A stretch of DNA of 64,000 bases from a candidate division WOR-3 bacterium (GTDB lineage: Bacteria; Hydrothermota; 32-111). How positions within the stretch are numbered: position 1 is the stretch's first letter; each line of letters starts with the position of its first letter. The stretch covers positions 576,001 to 640,000 of the forward strand of contig JBBFKX010000001.1 in the NCBI GenBank assembly GCA_037481815.1, written 5' to 3'. The position numbers and the translations under genes were made by a program. Of this stretch, positions 9,211 to 20,248 are shown in pieces. Below the pieces are notes generated by a model. The model was not told the DNA's origin. It did no database searches and saw nothing but the letters and a program-made list of their open reading frames with translations.

Positions 9211-10263
9211 AAATATTTCTTTTTTAACTTTTTTTACAACATTTCTAAAAATTTTTTCATCAAAAGATATTTCGTTTAAAAATGAATATCTATCTTTTCT
9301 CAACTCTTTTGCTTTCTTTAAAGATTCAAAAATTTTTTCTTCATCCTGAAAAATATTTTTTAACTCTTCAATTATCCCAAAAGAACTGAAACAGGAAAAT
9401 ATTTTGTTGTATTCTTTCTTATCTCTTAAAAAAGAGATCAGAAGATGTCCGGCTCCAACTTTTTCTCCATGTAAAAAAGTATTATCTGGATACAAAAGGT
9501 CATACGCATGGGAAAAATTGTGTTCAGCACCTGATGCAGGTCTTGAAGATCCTGCGATCTCCATCGCTATTCCTGAAAGAACAAGACCGTTCAAAAGAAT
9601 TTTTATAAACTCCTCTTTATACACATTTTTTTCATCATAGTTCAAAACACTTTCAGCCGCTGAGAATGCAATCGCTTTAGAAAATCCATTATATTTTATT
9701 TCATAACCTTTTCTGTATGCAAGTTCCCAATCGTTTATTGCCGAAATGTTAGAAATCAAATCCATGATTCCAGAGAATATGAACCTTTTGGGAGCATTTT
9801 TGATAACTTCAATATCAACAACTATTCCAATAGGCATCGATGCTCCGACCGACATTCTTTTTCCATCTATAATGATGGATGCAACAGGAGATGCTATTCC
9901 ATCATGTGAAGGTAATGTAGGAATACTCAAAAAATATCCTCCATATCTGAAAGATGCGAATTTCCCTATGTCGAGTGCCTTCCCACCGCCAACACCTATT
10001 ATGAAATCAGATTTTAAACTTCTTGCAAATTTCTCAACTCTTTTAACCTCCTCATAAGTGTTTTCATTAACGAAAACAAATCTCTCTTTTTTGATTTTCA
10101 ACTTTTTTCCCACTATTAAAGCATAATCATAGGATTTCCCGGTATCGGTTACGATAACTGGATTGTTGATAAAAAGGTTTGCTTTTTCAAGAATTCTTTT
10201 TATGTTGTTTAAAGCATCATTCTCTATGGTTATGAATAAAGGAACATCTATACTGTTATACAT
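9202..10263 (-). CDS. Glycerol-phosphate dehydrogenase-like protein (EgsA/AraM/Gtp1 branch, iron-ADH/DHQS fold)
   Basis: GVGGGKALDIGK, PTLPSHDGIASP, SSRPASGAEHNFSHA, LHGEKVG. Confidence 0.85.
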   Translation of the reverse strand: MYNSIDVPLFITIENDALNNIKRILEKANLFINNPVIVTDTGKSYDYALIVGKKLKIKKERFVFVNENTYEEVKRVEKFARSLKSDFIIGVGGGKALDIGKFASFRYGGYFLSIPTLPSHDGIASPVASIIIDGKRMSVGASMPIGIVVDIEVIKNAPKRFIFSGIMDLISNISAINDWELAYRKGYEIKYNGFSKAIAFSAAESVLNYDEKNVYKEEFIKILLNGLVLSGIAMEIAGSSRPASGAEHNFSHAYDLLYPDNTFLHGEKVGAGHLLISFLRDKKEYNKIFSCFSSFGIIEELKNIFQDEEKIFESLKKAKELRKDRYSFLNEISFDEKIFRNVVKKVKKEIFSF

Positions 10264-12208
10264 CTTCACCCCTCTGTTCATTTTTCAAAAAGATTTTATT
10301 AACTTTCAGAGTTAAGTTATAATTTTTAGATTCATCTTCTATCTTTTCTAAAAAATCCTCACTCTCATTCAATTCTTTATCCTTTATAAGATATAAAAAT
10401 TTTACAATATCTCTTCTGTCAACTTTAAAAATGTAAGATTTTATCTTTTGATCTTGAATAAACAGTTTCATGTATGATCTTTTTGAAAGTAAGGTTTTTC
10501 TTATATACTCATGATCTACAAGATCAGATTCCTCTCCAAAAAGGAATAACAGGTTGACCTTATATTTTTCAAGAAGTGACTGGATCACAAAAATTTGATC
10601 GAGTGGGCTATAGTTTAGAATATTTAAATATTTGAACCTGATTCCTTCAAATATTTTCCTGTTATCAAGGATCCATATAAGATTGCCATTATCCTCTTTG
10701 GATACGACGAAAACTGTTTTGATCTCATTTCTTTCAAGTAACTTCATAATATTTGAAACAGTGTTCTTTTCACCAGGCCTTATATGTTTTAAAAAGAGAA
10801 CAGCAAAACTTTTTTCTCTTTTGATGGCTTTATATGCTGGTTCCATTATAGCAGCAAAAGGTATAAGAAGCACAAGTTGCAACGCTTCCTGTGCCCAAAC
10901 TGCAGTATAGATTGAAGCGATAAGGTATACAACCGATATTCCCGGCAAAGCGAAGGATATTATTCTCAAAAATTTATCCTCTATATGGATAGCCCTTGAA
11001 AGTGAAAAAGATATGATATAGATGTAGATCAAAAGAAGAATGAAAACACCACCAATTCCTATTTCAAGGATAAACGTTGGAAGGGAGATAGAGGGTTCAA
11101 AAACCATTTCATACTCTTTCATAAAATTCGATGTTCCAAAATTTTTCGAAATTGCAACCGTACCCGGGCCATTCCCAAAAGTGAGTGTTAATATGTCCCT
11201 TGTAAGATACTGGTAAGCGAAAAGAAGATTACTCAACCTTCTAAGTTTACCTTCTGTATATGTACCAACCATATCCTTTTTTATATTTTCCGTCGATGAA
11301 ATCGTTTGCAGCGTTTTTGCTGTATCAGGTTCAAATATTGGAACAATATAGATCAAGGTTACATAAAAGATCAAAAAAATTAGTACTATTCCAACGATCG
11401 TAAAAAAAATTGAGTAAACTGAAGTGTATTTCACATGAAACATATAGATAAGAAACATAAAAATTATAGATATTCCAAAGAAAATGAATCCAGCTCGTGC
11501 GGATGAAAGAACGAGTGGAATCATAAAGAAAGCTGAGTACAAAAGATATTTTAATCTTATCCTGTCAACGATCATCATTCCAAGAATTATCAAAAACATA
11601 GAAGCCATCAAAACAGCATTTATACCACTCCCATACCTTGCAAGAAAACCACCACACCAGTCAGGTCTATTACCATTCAAAAACTGGAAAATTGAAGTTG
11701 GAACCTGCAAAAATGACATAAAGATTATAAATTTAATCAAATTTTTGTAACTTTCAGTTTTTATATTCAATCTCATTAAAGCGATAAAAAGGACAGGATA
11801 TCTTATATACATTATAAGACCTTTCAACTTCAAAGGTAACGATTCTCTTCCAAGAGCAGTTGAAATCAGTAAAAATACAATATAGAACATAAACAGTATT
11901 TCTATCCTGTTTATCTTCTTTTTACCATTTAATAAACTGTATAAAAACAACATATATATTATAAGATCGTACAAAAAAACTATCTTTCCAGGCAAGTGAT
12001 AAACTTCAACAACAAAATTGAAAGTATATCCTGAAAATATAAGTATCATAAGTGCAAGTTCAAGATTTGTAACAACTATAACACTCAAAAGCAAAACACC
12101 AACGAGTGCGATTTTTAAGGTGTCTGCTTTACCTAAAAAGAGTATAAATAAAAGAAGGATTAAAATAAAAACAATTCTCAAAAATTTATTCTCTATCGCA
12201 AAATTCAT
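10256..12208 (-). CDS. Wzy polymerase / O-antigen ligase-like polytopic membrane protein with an extra soluble C-terminal domain
   Basis: Many hydrophobic segments, SSARAG, FGNGPG, ILEIGIGG; sits in a Wzx/Wzc locus. Confidence 0.7.
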   Translation of the reverse strand: MNFAIENKFLRIVFILILLLFILFLGKADTLKIALVGVLLLSVIVVTNLELALMILIFSGYTFNFVVEVYHLPGKIVFLYDLIIYMLFLYSLLNGKKKINRIEILFMFYIVFLLISTALGRESLPLKLKGLIMYIRYPVLFIALMRLNIKTESYKNLIKFIIFMSFLQVPTSIFQFLNGNRPDWCGGFLARYGSGINAVLMASMFLIILGMMIVDRIRLKYLLYSAFFMIPLVLSSARAGFIFFGISIIFMFLIYMFHVKYTSVYSIFFTIVGIVLIFLIFYVTLIYIVPIFEPDTAKTLQTISSTENIKKDMVGTYTEGKLRRLSNLLFAYQYLTRDILTLTFGNGPGTVAISKNFGTSNFMKEYEMVFEPSISLPTFILEIGIGGVFILLLIYIYIISFSLSRAIHIEDKFLRIISFALPGISVVYLIASIYTAVWAQEALQLVLLIPFAAIMEPAYKAIKREKSFAVLFLKHIRPGEKNTVSNIMKLLERNEIKTVFVVSKEDNGNLIWILDNRKIFEGIRFKYLNILNYSPLDQIFVIQSLLEKYKVNLLFLFGEESDLVDHEYIRKTLLSKRSYMKLFIQDQKIKSYIFKVDRRDIVKFLYLIKDKELNESEDFLEKIEDESKNYNLTLKVNKIFLKNEQRGEDV

Positions 12209-13332
12209 CTTTCCTCACAAAAAAGTTTTTCTCTGTAAAAATTATAAACCTTTTTAGCAATGATGTCATAAGAAAAATTGTTTCTAACATGATCTGATAA
12301 TTTTAATGATTCTTTCTTATAAAATTCTTCGTTTTCAAAAAAATGCTTGAATGCATGATAAAGATTTTCCCATGAGATTGGATCATAGAGAACATACCCA
12401 TTTATATTCTCAGGCAAAACATCGATATGTGGTTTAATTTTTGAAAGCACAATGGGTTTTCCCATCGCCATATACTCCATAACCTTTAAAGAACTCGCTC
12501 CCTTCCACCATATTAGGTCAGGTAAAGGGGAAACACAAACATCCGCGATACTTATGTATCCAGGGACCTCTTCATATTTCACAGGTGGAAGTACAATGTT
12601 ACCTGAACCGATAATCGCATTTTCGATTTCTTTATCACCAGAACCCACAACAAAAAGAATAATGTTTCTATTTTCTTCTTTTAACCTATCAACAGATAAT
12701 ATCAACTCTTCAAGACCTCTCTGTTTTGAAATCGAACCATGATAAAAAATGATCTTTTTGTTTTCAAGGTTATATTTTTTTAAGATTGAAAAACTTTTGT
12801 CTTTACTTTGAAAAATCTCCGTATTTACACCTGAAGGGTAAACAACATAGTTTCTAAATTTTTTCTTAATATAACTTTCACAAATACTTTTTGTTTCCTC
12901 AGTTATAAAAGATAAACCATCAAAGAAAAAATATGCAGCCCAGAGGACATGTTTAAATTTCATCATCTCTCTTTTTGTTGGATCAACTACTGGAATAGAT
13001 CTTACATCTAAAACAAATTTCTGTTGTCCTCCAAGAATTTTTCTAAAGAAATAATTTGGTAAAAAGATTATTAAAGAGTTTGGATCAAAAACCAAGACCA
13101 CTTTTTCTTTTCTAAATTTAAAAAGATAAAATGCAATTTTTAATTTTATGAGTATCGTTATATCTTTGAAAGAATTGAAAAGTTTTACAAATTCTGGTTC
13201 ATCATCCTTTTTACCGAAAGCCACAAGTTCAGAATCGATATTTAATTTGTTAAAAGATCTAACGATTTCCCTTTCACTCGATATATAAAATCTTTTCCGA
13301 AAATCCTGAAACCTTATATAAATAATCTTCAT
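12205..13332 (-). CDS. Glycosyltransferase family 4
   Basis: YPSGVN, YHGSISKQRG, SSLKVMEYMAMGKPIV. Confidence 0.9.
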   Translation of the reverse strand: MKIIYIRFQDFRKRFYISSEREIVRSFNKLNIDSELVAFGKKDDEPEFVKLFNSFKDITILIKLKIAFYLFKFRKEKVVLVFDPNSLIIFLPNYFFRKILGGQQKFVLDVRSIPVVDPTKREMMKFKHVLWAAYFFFDGLSFITEETKSICESYIKKKFRNYVVYPSGVNTEIFQSKDKSFSILKKYNLENKKIIFYHGSISKQRGLEELILSVDRLKEENRNIILFVVGSGDKEIENAIIGSGNIVLPPVKYEEVPGYISIADVCVSPLPDLIWWKGASSLKVMEYMAMGKPIVLSKIKPHIDVLPENINGYVLYDPISWENLYHAFKHFFENEEFYKKESLKLSDHVRNNFSYDIIAKKVYNFYREKLFCEER

Positions 13333-14453
13333 TTAAAAGAATCCTCCAGTATTGAAATGAAATGATCAAAATTAAATTTTTCAATTATTATTTTTCTTGC
13401 ATTAATACCTTTTACTTTGACCTTATCATAATTTTCAACAATAAAATCGAGTGTTTTGGCAAGTTGATTGGAATCGATCTTTTCCAGTCCAAAGTATGAA
13501 TTCTCGTCAAAATATCTTTCCATAGAACAGGTTTTCTTACAAACAACTATCCTTGCGGAAGAAAACGCTTCAAGTATCGACTGTGCGAACGCTGGTTCAA
13601 AAGGCGAAGGATAAACAAATATATGATGTATTGAAATGACTTCTTTAACATTTTTAGTTGGAGGATTTATTTTAACAGTATCAAAAAGAGCAAGTTTTTC
13701 AACAAGTTTTTCGATTTTCTCTCTATAATCTCCATCTCCAAACAGGGAAACAAAAATCTTTTTCCGATTTTCCTTTTTCATCTTATGAACAGCTTTAATA
13801 AGTATATCAGGTCTTTTAAAACCGTTATACTTACCAAGATAATATACACCCAATCTTTCATCAGATTCAGGTAAAGGTAGATCATAATCTTTCTGTTCAA
13901 TCGGATTGGGTGTTGGAATCAATCTTTTGGGGTTAACTTTAAAAACTTTTACAAACTGTTTCTCTTCCATTCCTTTTGCAATAAATAGATCAGTTAGTTT
14001 TGAAGATATTTTGTTATAAACATAAACAATTTTACTCTCATGTTCTTTCAGATGATATACAGAACTTGTAGGCCAGAGGACAACAGTTTTTATCGAAAAG
14101 ATCTTACCCAGTAAAATAGCTGGGAACATAACCGCTTCAGCATAATGAATATTTATAATATCAACTCTTTCTTTGTATATAATTTTCAAAACAAATAGAA
14201 ATCCCAAAACAATATCAACCAATTCTTTTAGAATCTTTTTTTTCGAAAAAATATCATACATTTTTTCAAACCTTCCAATGTTGTAAAAAAGAGCTTTACT
14301 GTTTAATCTTTCATTGTTTCCCTTAATGCAGAAAAGTACGACAGAGTTCCCTCTATTTATAAGGTAATCTATTATATATCTTGAAGTTTTTTCAGATCCT
14401 GATTCATAAGGATAAAAATATTTTGAAACGATTAAAATTTTTTTCTTTTTCAA
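13329..14453 (-). CDS. Glycosyltransferase family 4
   Basis: [37 protein letters not shown]. Confidence 0.85.
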   Translation of the reverse strand: MKKKKILIVSKYFYPYESGSEKTSRYIIDYLINRGNSVVLFCIKGNNERLNSKALFYNIGRFEKMYDIFSKKKILKELVDIVLGFLFVLKIIYKERVDIINIHYAEAVMFPAILLGKIFSIKTVVLWPTSSVYHLKEHESKIVYVYNKISSKLTDLFIAKGMEEKQFVKVFKVNPKRLIPTPNPIEQKDYDLPLPESDERLGVYYLGKYNGFKRPDILIKAVHKMKKENRKKIFVSLFGDGDYREKIEKLVEKLALFDTVKINPPTKNVKEVISIHHIFVYPSPFEPAFAQSILEAFSSARIVVCKKTCSMERYFDENSYFGLEKIDSNQLAKTLDFIVENYDKVKVKGINARKIIIEKFNFDHFISILEDSFK

Positions 14454-15061
14454 AAACGCTCCTTTATAATCTTTGCAGGTACACCTGCAACAATAACTTT
14501 TTCAGGCACATCCTTTGTCACAACAGCCCCTGCCGCAACGATCGAACCTTTTCCTATTCTCACGCCATCAAGAATTTTCGCACCACTTCCTATCCAGACA
14601 TCTTCTTCAATGGTGATACCTGTACCATGAACTCCCTGTTCAAAAATTTTTCGTTCAGGATCTTCAAAGATATGATTCCCTGAAATTATAAGTGTTTGAG
14701 GACCTATCCTCACAAAATCTTTTATAACAATATCACCTTTTGAAATGATCATCGAAAAACTGTTAAGTGAACAATTTTTACCAATGACTACTTTCCCACC
14801 CGAAACCCTTATTATCGTATATGGTTGTATATGACAATTTTCTCCGATAATCAAAGAATCTTTTTCTTTTGAAGCACTAAGTGTTACATTATGATATATT
14901 ATAGTTTTAGCACCGATAAAAATATTTTCCGGATGAGAAAGATAAGGGATATCGTAAAAAGTAACAATACCATTTGTTTTTAAAAGGAATTTTGAACATG
15001 CATAGGATAAAACGATCTTTTTCAATTTTCTATAATTTTGAACTATCTTTGTTAGTATCAT
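14450..15061 (-). CDS. Hexapeptide-repeat (left-handed beta-helix) O-acyltransferase
   Basis: [36 protein letters not shown]...AGVPAKII. Confidence 0.92.
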   Translation of the reverse strand: MILTKIVQNYRKLKKIVLSYACSKFLLKTNGIVTFYDIPYLSHPENIFIGAKTIIYHNVTLSASKEKDSLIIGENCHIQPYTIIRVSGGKVVIGKNCSLNSFSMIISKGDIVIKDFVRIGPQTLIISGNHIFEDPERKIFEQGVHGTGITIEEDVWIGSGAKILDGVRIGKGSIVAAGAVVTKDVPEKVIVAGVPAKIIKERF

Positions 15062-16599
15062 AGTTTTACAAAAAAAAGTTTCATTTTTCTAAACATCTGA
15101 TTAACTATATCTTTCTCATCGGTTTCAAATGGATTGACGATTTTTGAAAGAACATAGAACGATAATATTCCTAAAATAAATGTTAAAATTATAAAAATGT
15201 ATGCCTGTAAAGGTACATTGAAAACAAAAAACTTTTTTATAAAAGAGATAAAAAAGTATATTAATAAAGAAATAAATGTCGTCCTCAACAACGACATAAT
15301 TGGAAACGAAAGTTTTACATACTTTCTCAAAAGAACAACTATTATCAAATTTTTCATCAGAATGGAAGTCCCAAGAATAACAGCAACACCGATGATACCA
15401 AAATATTTAATAATCACAATAGATCCCATTATGTTAAAAACCAACGAGATTTTACTTATAAGATTTATTTCAAGTTTTTCAAGGGAAAGAACAACAAAAG
15501 CGAGTGGGACCTGAAAAGCGTTGAAAAGAGTGAACATAAAGATGATATCCGTTATCCTTTTTGAATCCATATATTTTGGATCAAAAACAAACCTGATAAC
15601 AAGATCTGATACTGAAATAAAATAAAAACAGAGAAATGAGAAAACCCAGAAAAAAAATTTGTAAAGAAAAACATACATCCTGTTCAGATATTCTTTATCA
15701 TCCTGTTTATTCACATATTTCATAAAAAAAATTGGTTTTAAAACATTCGCTATCTGATCGATTGGAAATATCTTCATAAAAAGATCGTTGATTTTGTAAG
15801 CAAAAGAATATTTCCCAAGTTCAACAGGATTCGACATCGATGAGATCACATAATAACTTGTCGATTTGTTTATCATACCAGCACCAACTTCATTAAAAAA
15901 TGATAAAACACCATATCTAAATATCCTTTTTCTTAGATTCTCGATTTTTTCTTTTGACTCATGATATATGTTCTTCTTTATGAATTTGAATATCACCAAA
16001 AAATAGATCTGGAAAGAGTTAAAAAAACTTGTGAATGATTCTATCAGAAAAATTTTTTTAAGATCTATTTCGAAAATAAAAATACCATAAACAAGAACTC
16101 TAACGACAGATGCGATTATATTCATCACTGCTGTCTCTTTTTGAAGAAGAGTGGATGAAGATATCGCTCTAACATAAAGTAAAACAATATATCCAAAAAG
16201 AAAAAGGATTATCTCGGCTCTGTAATGCATTATATCAGGTAAATTGAAAAAAGATGAGAATTGCTTTGAAAAAATGTAAAAGACGATCGAGATTAGAATT
16301 AACGAAACAAAAACTATGACAAAAGAATATTCAAGCAGTTTTTTTAAAATCGAGAACCTTTTTTTTTCAATAAGTTCCGGGATAAATCTGTTGAGTATCG
16401 TTGAAACACTTGAAAGTGAAAAGATTTGAACGAAAGAGAATGACCCAAGGATAAAACTGTACAAGCCAAATTCTTCTATCGTTAATTTTCTTATTATGTA
16501 AATCGATATCAGAAGATTTGATAGAGAGACAAAAAGATTGCCTATATATAAAAACAGGGTGTTTTTAACAGCATAATCGATAGCGATTTCTTTTTTCAT
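15058..16599 (-). CDS. wzx: Wzx-type oligosaccharide flippase
   Basis: About 510 aa polytopic protein; [18 protein letters not shown]; polysaccharide context. Confidence 0.8.
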   Translation of the reverse strand: MKKEIAIDYAVKNTLFLYIGNLFVSLSNLLISIYIIRKLTIEEFGLYSFILGSFSFVQIFSLSSVSTILNRFIPELIEKKRFSILKKLLEYSFVIVFVSLILISIVFYIFSKQFSSFFNLPDIMHYRAEIILFLFGYIVLLYVRAISSSTLLQKETAVMNIIASVVRVLVYGIFIFEIDLKKIFLIESFTSFFNSFQIYFLVIFKFIKKNIYHESKEKIENLRKRIFRYGVLSFFNEVGAGMINKSTSYYVISSMSNPVELGKYSFAYKINDLFMKIFPIDQIANVLKPIFFMKYVNKQDDKEYLNRMYVFLYKFFFWVFSFLCFYFISVSDLVIRFVFDPKYMDSKRITDIIFMFTLFNAFQVPLAFVVLSLEKLEINLISKISLVFNIMGSIVIIKYFGIIGVAVILGTSILMKNLIIVVLLRKYVKLSFPIMSLLRTTFISLLIYFFISFIKKFFVFNVPLQAYIFIILTFILGILSFYVLSKIVNPFETDEKDIVNQMFRKMKLFFVKL

Positions 16600-17564
16600 C
16601 AAACATTATTCTTTAAGTTTTCCAGATCACTATCAACCATCATGTTGACAAGTTCTTTGAAGGAAACAGTTGGTTCCCATCCAAGAATCTTTTTCGCTTT
16701 TGAATAATCTCCAACAAGTTGGTCAACCTCTGCGGGTCTAAAAAGATCTTTATCGATAACAACATATTTTTCATAATCAAGTCCAACCCTTTCAAAAGCC
16801 AGTCTAACGAACTCCCTTACACTATGTGTCTCTCCAGTTGCGATAACATAATCTGAAGGATTATCCTGTTGAAGCATCATATACATCGCTTTAACATAAT
16901 CACCTGCAAATCCCCAATCCCTTTTTGCCTCAAGGTTTCCAAGATACAATTTATCCTGTAACCCCAGTTTAATTTTTGCAACACCTTCACTTATCTTTCG
17001 TGTAACAAACTCTCTTCCCCTTCTTGGACTCTCATGGTTAAAAAGTATTCCAGAACATGCAAAGATTCCATAACTTTCTCTGTAGTTGACTGTTATGAAA
17101 TGTCCATAAACTTTTGCAACACCATATGGAGACCTCGGATAAAACGGGGTCGTCTCTTTTTGTGGTATTTCAAGCACTTTGCCAAACATTTCACTCGATG
17201 ATGCCTGATAGAATCTTATCCTTTTATCAACAAGTTTTATTGCTTCCAACAATCTTGTAACACCAAGTGCTGTAAACTCCCCAGTTAAAATCGGCTGCTT
17301 CCATGATGTTGGAACAAAAGATTGTGCAGCGAGATTATAGATTTCATCTGGTCTGATCTCATCAACCATCTCTATCAAAGAAGAGAAATCGAGCAGATCA
17401 GCATGATAAAATTTGATCTTATCTTTTATGTGCTCGATTCTTTCAAAATTTTCAGTTGAAGATCTTCTAACCATTCCATAAACTTCATATCCCAAAGAAA
17501 GCAGAAATTCAGCAAGATATGAACCATCCTGCCCTGTTATTCCTGTTATAATCGCTTTTTTCAT
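16599..17564 (-). CDS. gmd: GDP-mannose 4,6-dehydratase
   Basis: [43 protein letters not shown]. Confidence 0.97.
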   Translation of the reverse strand: MKKAIITGITGQDGSYLAEFLLSLGYEVYGMVRRSSTENFERIEHIKDKIKFYHADLLDFSSLIEMVDEIRPDEIYNLAAQSFVPTSWKQPILTGEFTALGVTRLLEAIKLVDKRIRFYQASSSEMFGKVLEIPQKETTPFYPRSPYGVAKVYGHFITVNYRESYGIFACSGILFNHESPRRGREFVTRKISEGVAKIKLGLQDKLYLGNLEAKRDWGFAGDYVKAMYMMLQQDNPSDYVIATGETHSVREFVRLAFERVGLDYEKYVVIDKDLFRPAEVDQLVGDYSKAKKILGWEPTVSFKELVNMMVDSDLENLKNNV

Positions 17565-19732
17565 AATTCACCTACTCCATAATATTTTTTATAGTAAACA
17601 GAATAGTATGATGAAACCTCTGTTTTTGAACTGTTAAGTATAACACCTAGTATCTTTCTTTTTACAGGTACAAGAAGTTTTCGCGCATGCCTTAAATCTT
17701 TTCTTTTTACTTTTCCAGGTGAAACGACCCATAAGAGTTTATCCGCATAGTTGGCAAGAATTATTGGATCAGTAACAACGTTAACAGGTGGAGCATCTAT
17801 GAGAACATAATCGTATTCATTCTTTGCTATTTCAAGCAACTCTTTTGTTTTGTTACTCTCAAGAAGTTCTGAAGGATTTACAGGTCTTGTTCCATATGTT
17901 ATAACCGTAAGATTATCAACTTCAGTTTTTCTTTTTATCTCTTCATATGTAGCTTTTCCATTTATGTAATGTGCAAGACCTGTTCCATTTTTTACATTGA
18001 AAATTTTGTGTATTACAGGTTTTCTCATATCGGCATCAATCAACACCACCTTTTTCCCAAGGTTAGCCATCGTTATTCCAAGGTTTGATATTGTTGTTGA
18101 TTTTCCTTCACCAGGAATCGATGATGTGAAAACATAAACGAGTTTTTCTCCCTCTTTACTTCTATATTTAATCTGTGTCCTAATACTCCTATACGCTTCC
18201 GCTATTGGTGCATGAGGTTCCATATTTATTATCAATTTTTTCCTCATCTTATCTACCATCTCATCCTCTGAAAGTTTTCTATCAACTTTACTCTTTTCCT
18301 TTTTTCCATTACCACCAATATATGTTATTATCCCAAGTATCTGCTCTCCTGTATAATGTTCTACCTCTTCTGTTGTTCTGATCGACTCATCGAGGAAGAA
18401 GAGTATGAAAGCCACAGTTATTCCAAAAAATATTCCCAAGATTATACCAAGCATAAAATTCTTTTCTTTGTTTGGACTTATAGGTATAGTTGATACAACA
18501 GCTGTATCTATTATTGATACATTTCCAACCTCTGCAACCTCCTGAAGTTTTGCTTCCTCATATCTCCTTTTAAGCATAAGATAAATATCTTCGTTGACCT
18601 TTGCATTTCTTTCAAGTCTTACAAGTTGAATCGATTGATCGGGAACATTTTCAAGTTTACTGTTGTAAACATCAATAATTTTTTTCAACGCTTCTGCTTT
18701 TGCCTGTAAAAGTGAAACATTGTTGTTTATCTCAAGTATCTGCTGGGCTATTTCGCCTGAGTATTTAAATGGATCTTTCTGAACAGTTTTTTCTTTAAAC
18801 GATTTTTCGGTTTCCTCTTTTAACTGTGTTTTCAGATTTTCAATCTTTGAATTTATTTGAATGATTTTCGGATGTTCATTAGAATATCCCTGAGATAGAT
18901 AGTACGCTTTATCAGTTTCAAGTTTTGAAATCTCAGCAAAAATGTTTTCCATCACATTTGATTTATAGCTTGAAATATTCTCGATCATGTCTTTTTGTGT
19001 CTGGTCAAGTTCTTTTAATAGATATTCTTTCTGTTTTGTATAACTGTCTATGTTTAAAAGTATTCCTTTATAATCGGTTTCAAATTGTGAAACCTGGTTT
19101 ATCAAAATTCTTGTTTCATCTTCAAGGTTGGAAATCTTATTGCTCTTTTTATAGTCCCTCAAAAGAATTTCTGAGTGGTTGAGTTCACTTTCTATCTTTT
19201 TCAACTGTTCTTCAAGGAATATTCTAACCTGTGAAACGGTCATTCTCATCGCATCAAGGTTCATCCTGTAATATTCTCTTGCTATTTTGTTCGTTATGTA
19301 TGCTGCAAGGAAAGGATCTGTACTTTTATAACTCACTTCAATAATATAGGTATCCTGAATTTTATTTATAGAGAGATTCTGTCTTGATGCAGAAACCTTT
19401 GTATAACCTTTCTGTTTTAAAATCGTATCTTCTTTTAAAGAAAGGTTGACCCTTTCCATTAAAGATCTTGATTTAAGAATCTGGGTTTGATTGTTCAACA
19501 ATGCAACCATTCCAAGAGGATCCGTCACAGGAAAAAATGTTGAACCAGTATTTACCCTTTCAAACATTAGAACAGTTTTTGCAGTATATTTTGGTTTTTC
19601 AAGTAAAGTTAAAACAACGGAAAGAAAAAATATAATCGCTGCTATAACTATTATCAATAACCTGTATTTTGATACTATCGCTAAATAATCGTTAAGCGAT
19701 AGCTTCTCCTGTTCCTGAAGATCTTCTAACAT
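17561..19732 (-). CDS. wzc: Wzc-type polysaccharide co-polymerase / tyrosine autokinase
   Basis: Two TM segments flanking a coiled coil; Walker [22 protein letters not shown]-terminal Tyr cluster [12 protein letters not shown]. Confidence 0.93.
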   Translation of the reverse strand: MLEDLQEQEKLSLNDYLAIVSKYRLLIIVIAAIIFFLSVVLTLLEKPKYTAKTVLMFERVNTGSTFFPVTDPLGMVALLNNQTQILKSRSLMERVNLSLKEDTILKQKGYTKVSASRQNLSINKIQDTYIIEVSYKSTDPFLAAYITNKIAREYYRMNLDAMRMTVSQVRIFLEEQLKKIESELNHSEILLRDYKKSNKISNLEDETRILINQVSQFETDYKGILLNIDSYTKQKEYLLKELDQTQKDMIENISSYKSNVMENIFAEISKLETDKAYYLSQGYSNEHPKIIQINSKIENLKTQLKEETEKSFKEKTVQKDPFKYSGEIAQQILEINNNVSLLQAKAEALKKIIDVYNSKLENVPDQSIQLVRLERNAKVNEDIYLMLKRRYEEAKLQEVAEVGNVSIIDTAVVSTIPISPNKEKNFMLGIILGIFFGITVAFILFFLDESIRTTEEVEHYTGEQILGIITYIGGNGKKEKSKVDRKLSEDEMVDKMRKKLIINMEPHAPIAEAYRSIRTQIKYRSKEGEKLVYVFTSSIPGEGKSTTISNLGITMANLGKKVVLIDADMRKPVIHKIFNVKNGTGLAHYINGKATYEEIKRKTEVDNLTVITYGTRPVNPSELLESNKTKELLEIAKNEYDYVLIDAPPVNVVTDPIILANYADKLLWVVSPGKVKRKDLRHARKLLVPVKRKILGVILNSSKTEVSSYYSVYYKKYYGVGEL

Positions 19733-19741
19733 AAAAACCCC

Positions 19742-20188
19742 TTATTTTGTGATATAAGTGTAGAGAATAAAAACTGTGTTCGCAATAACCGCAACGTTGT
19801 AAATATCCCTTAAATATCTTGTGAGATGGTATATAAAATCACCACCTATTCTCACAGTATCTCCTGGTTTTAGAATCGGATTGTGTTTTCTTGATTTTTC
19901 ATTTTTGAATTTTGCAAGATCACATATCTCTCTTGAACCATCAGAATGTATAATAACCACACTATTCAAATTGGCGTTCTCTTTGGGACCTCCAGCATAC
20001 GATATTGCTGTAATCAAATCCGTTCCATCAGGAACAAGAACAGTTGTAGGATTGTTAACATATCCCCAGATGTTAACCCTTATCATCAAAACATTTTCCT
20101 CATTTGGTGAATAATAATAACTCCTAAATTCCTGAGAAAAGATTGCAATCGATAGAACTAAAATAAAAAATATAAAAATCCTTTTCAT
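19742..20188 (-). CDS. SLBB-domain polysaccharide export protein (short Wza-like)
   Basis: Signal peptide; VNIWGYVNNP, AISYAGG, NPILKPGDTV; directly upstream of wzc. Confidence 0.8.
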   Translation of the reverse strand: MKRIFIFFILVLSIAIFSQEFRSYYYSPNEENVLMIRVNIWGYVNNPTTVLVPDGTDLITAISYAGGPKENANLNSVVIIHSDGSREICDLAKFKNEKSRKHNPILKPGDTVRIGGDFIYHLTRYLRDIYNVAVIANTVFILYTYITK

Positions 20189-20210
20189 TGATTCTCCTTT
20201 CAAGAATTTT

Positions 20211-20239
20211 ATTATATTATATAATAGCATTAAATTCAA
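20211..20239 (-). promoter_or_regulatory. Putative promoter of the polysaccharide operon
   Basis: TTGAAT (20239-20234), 17 nt spacer, TATAAT (20216-20211); AT-rich background lowers specificity. Confidence 0.55.
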
Positions 20240-20248
20240 TAAAAAAAT

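Noticed and set aside
9202..10263. G1PDH-like gene as proof of archaeal-type ether lipids
   Set aside because: No GGGP or DGGGP synthase in the window, and the polysaccharide context favours glycan decoration; kept only as a question to test
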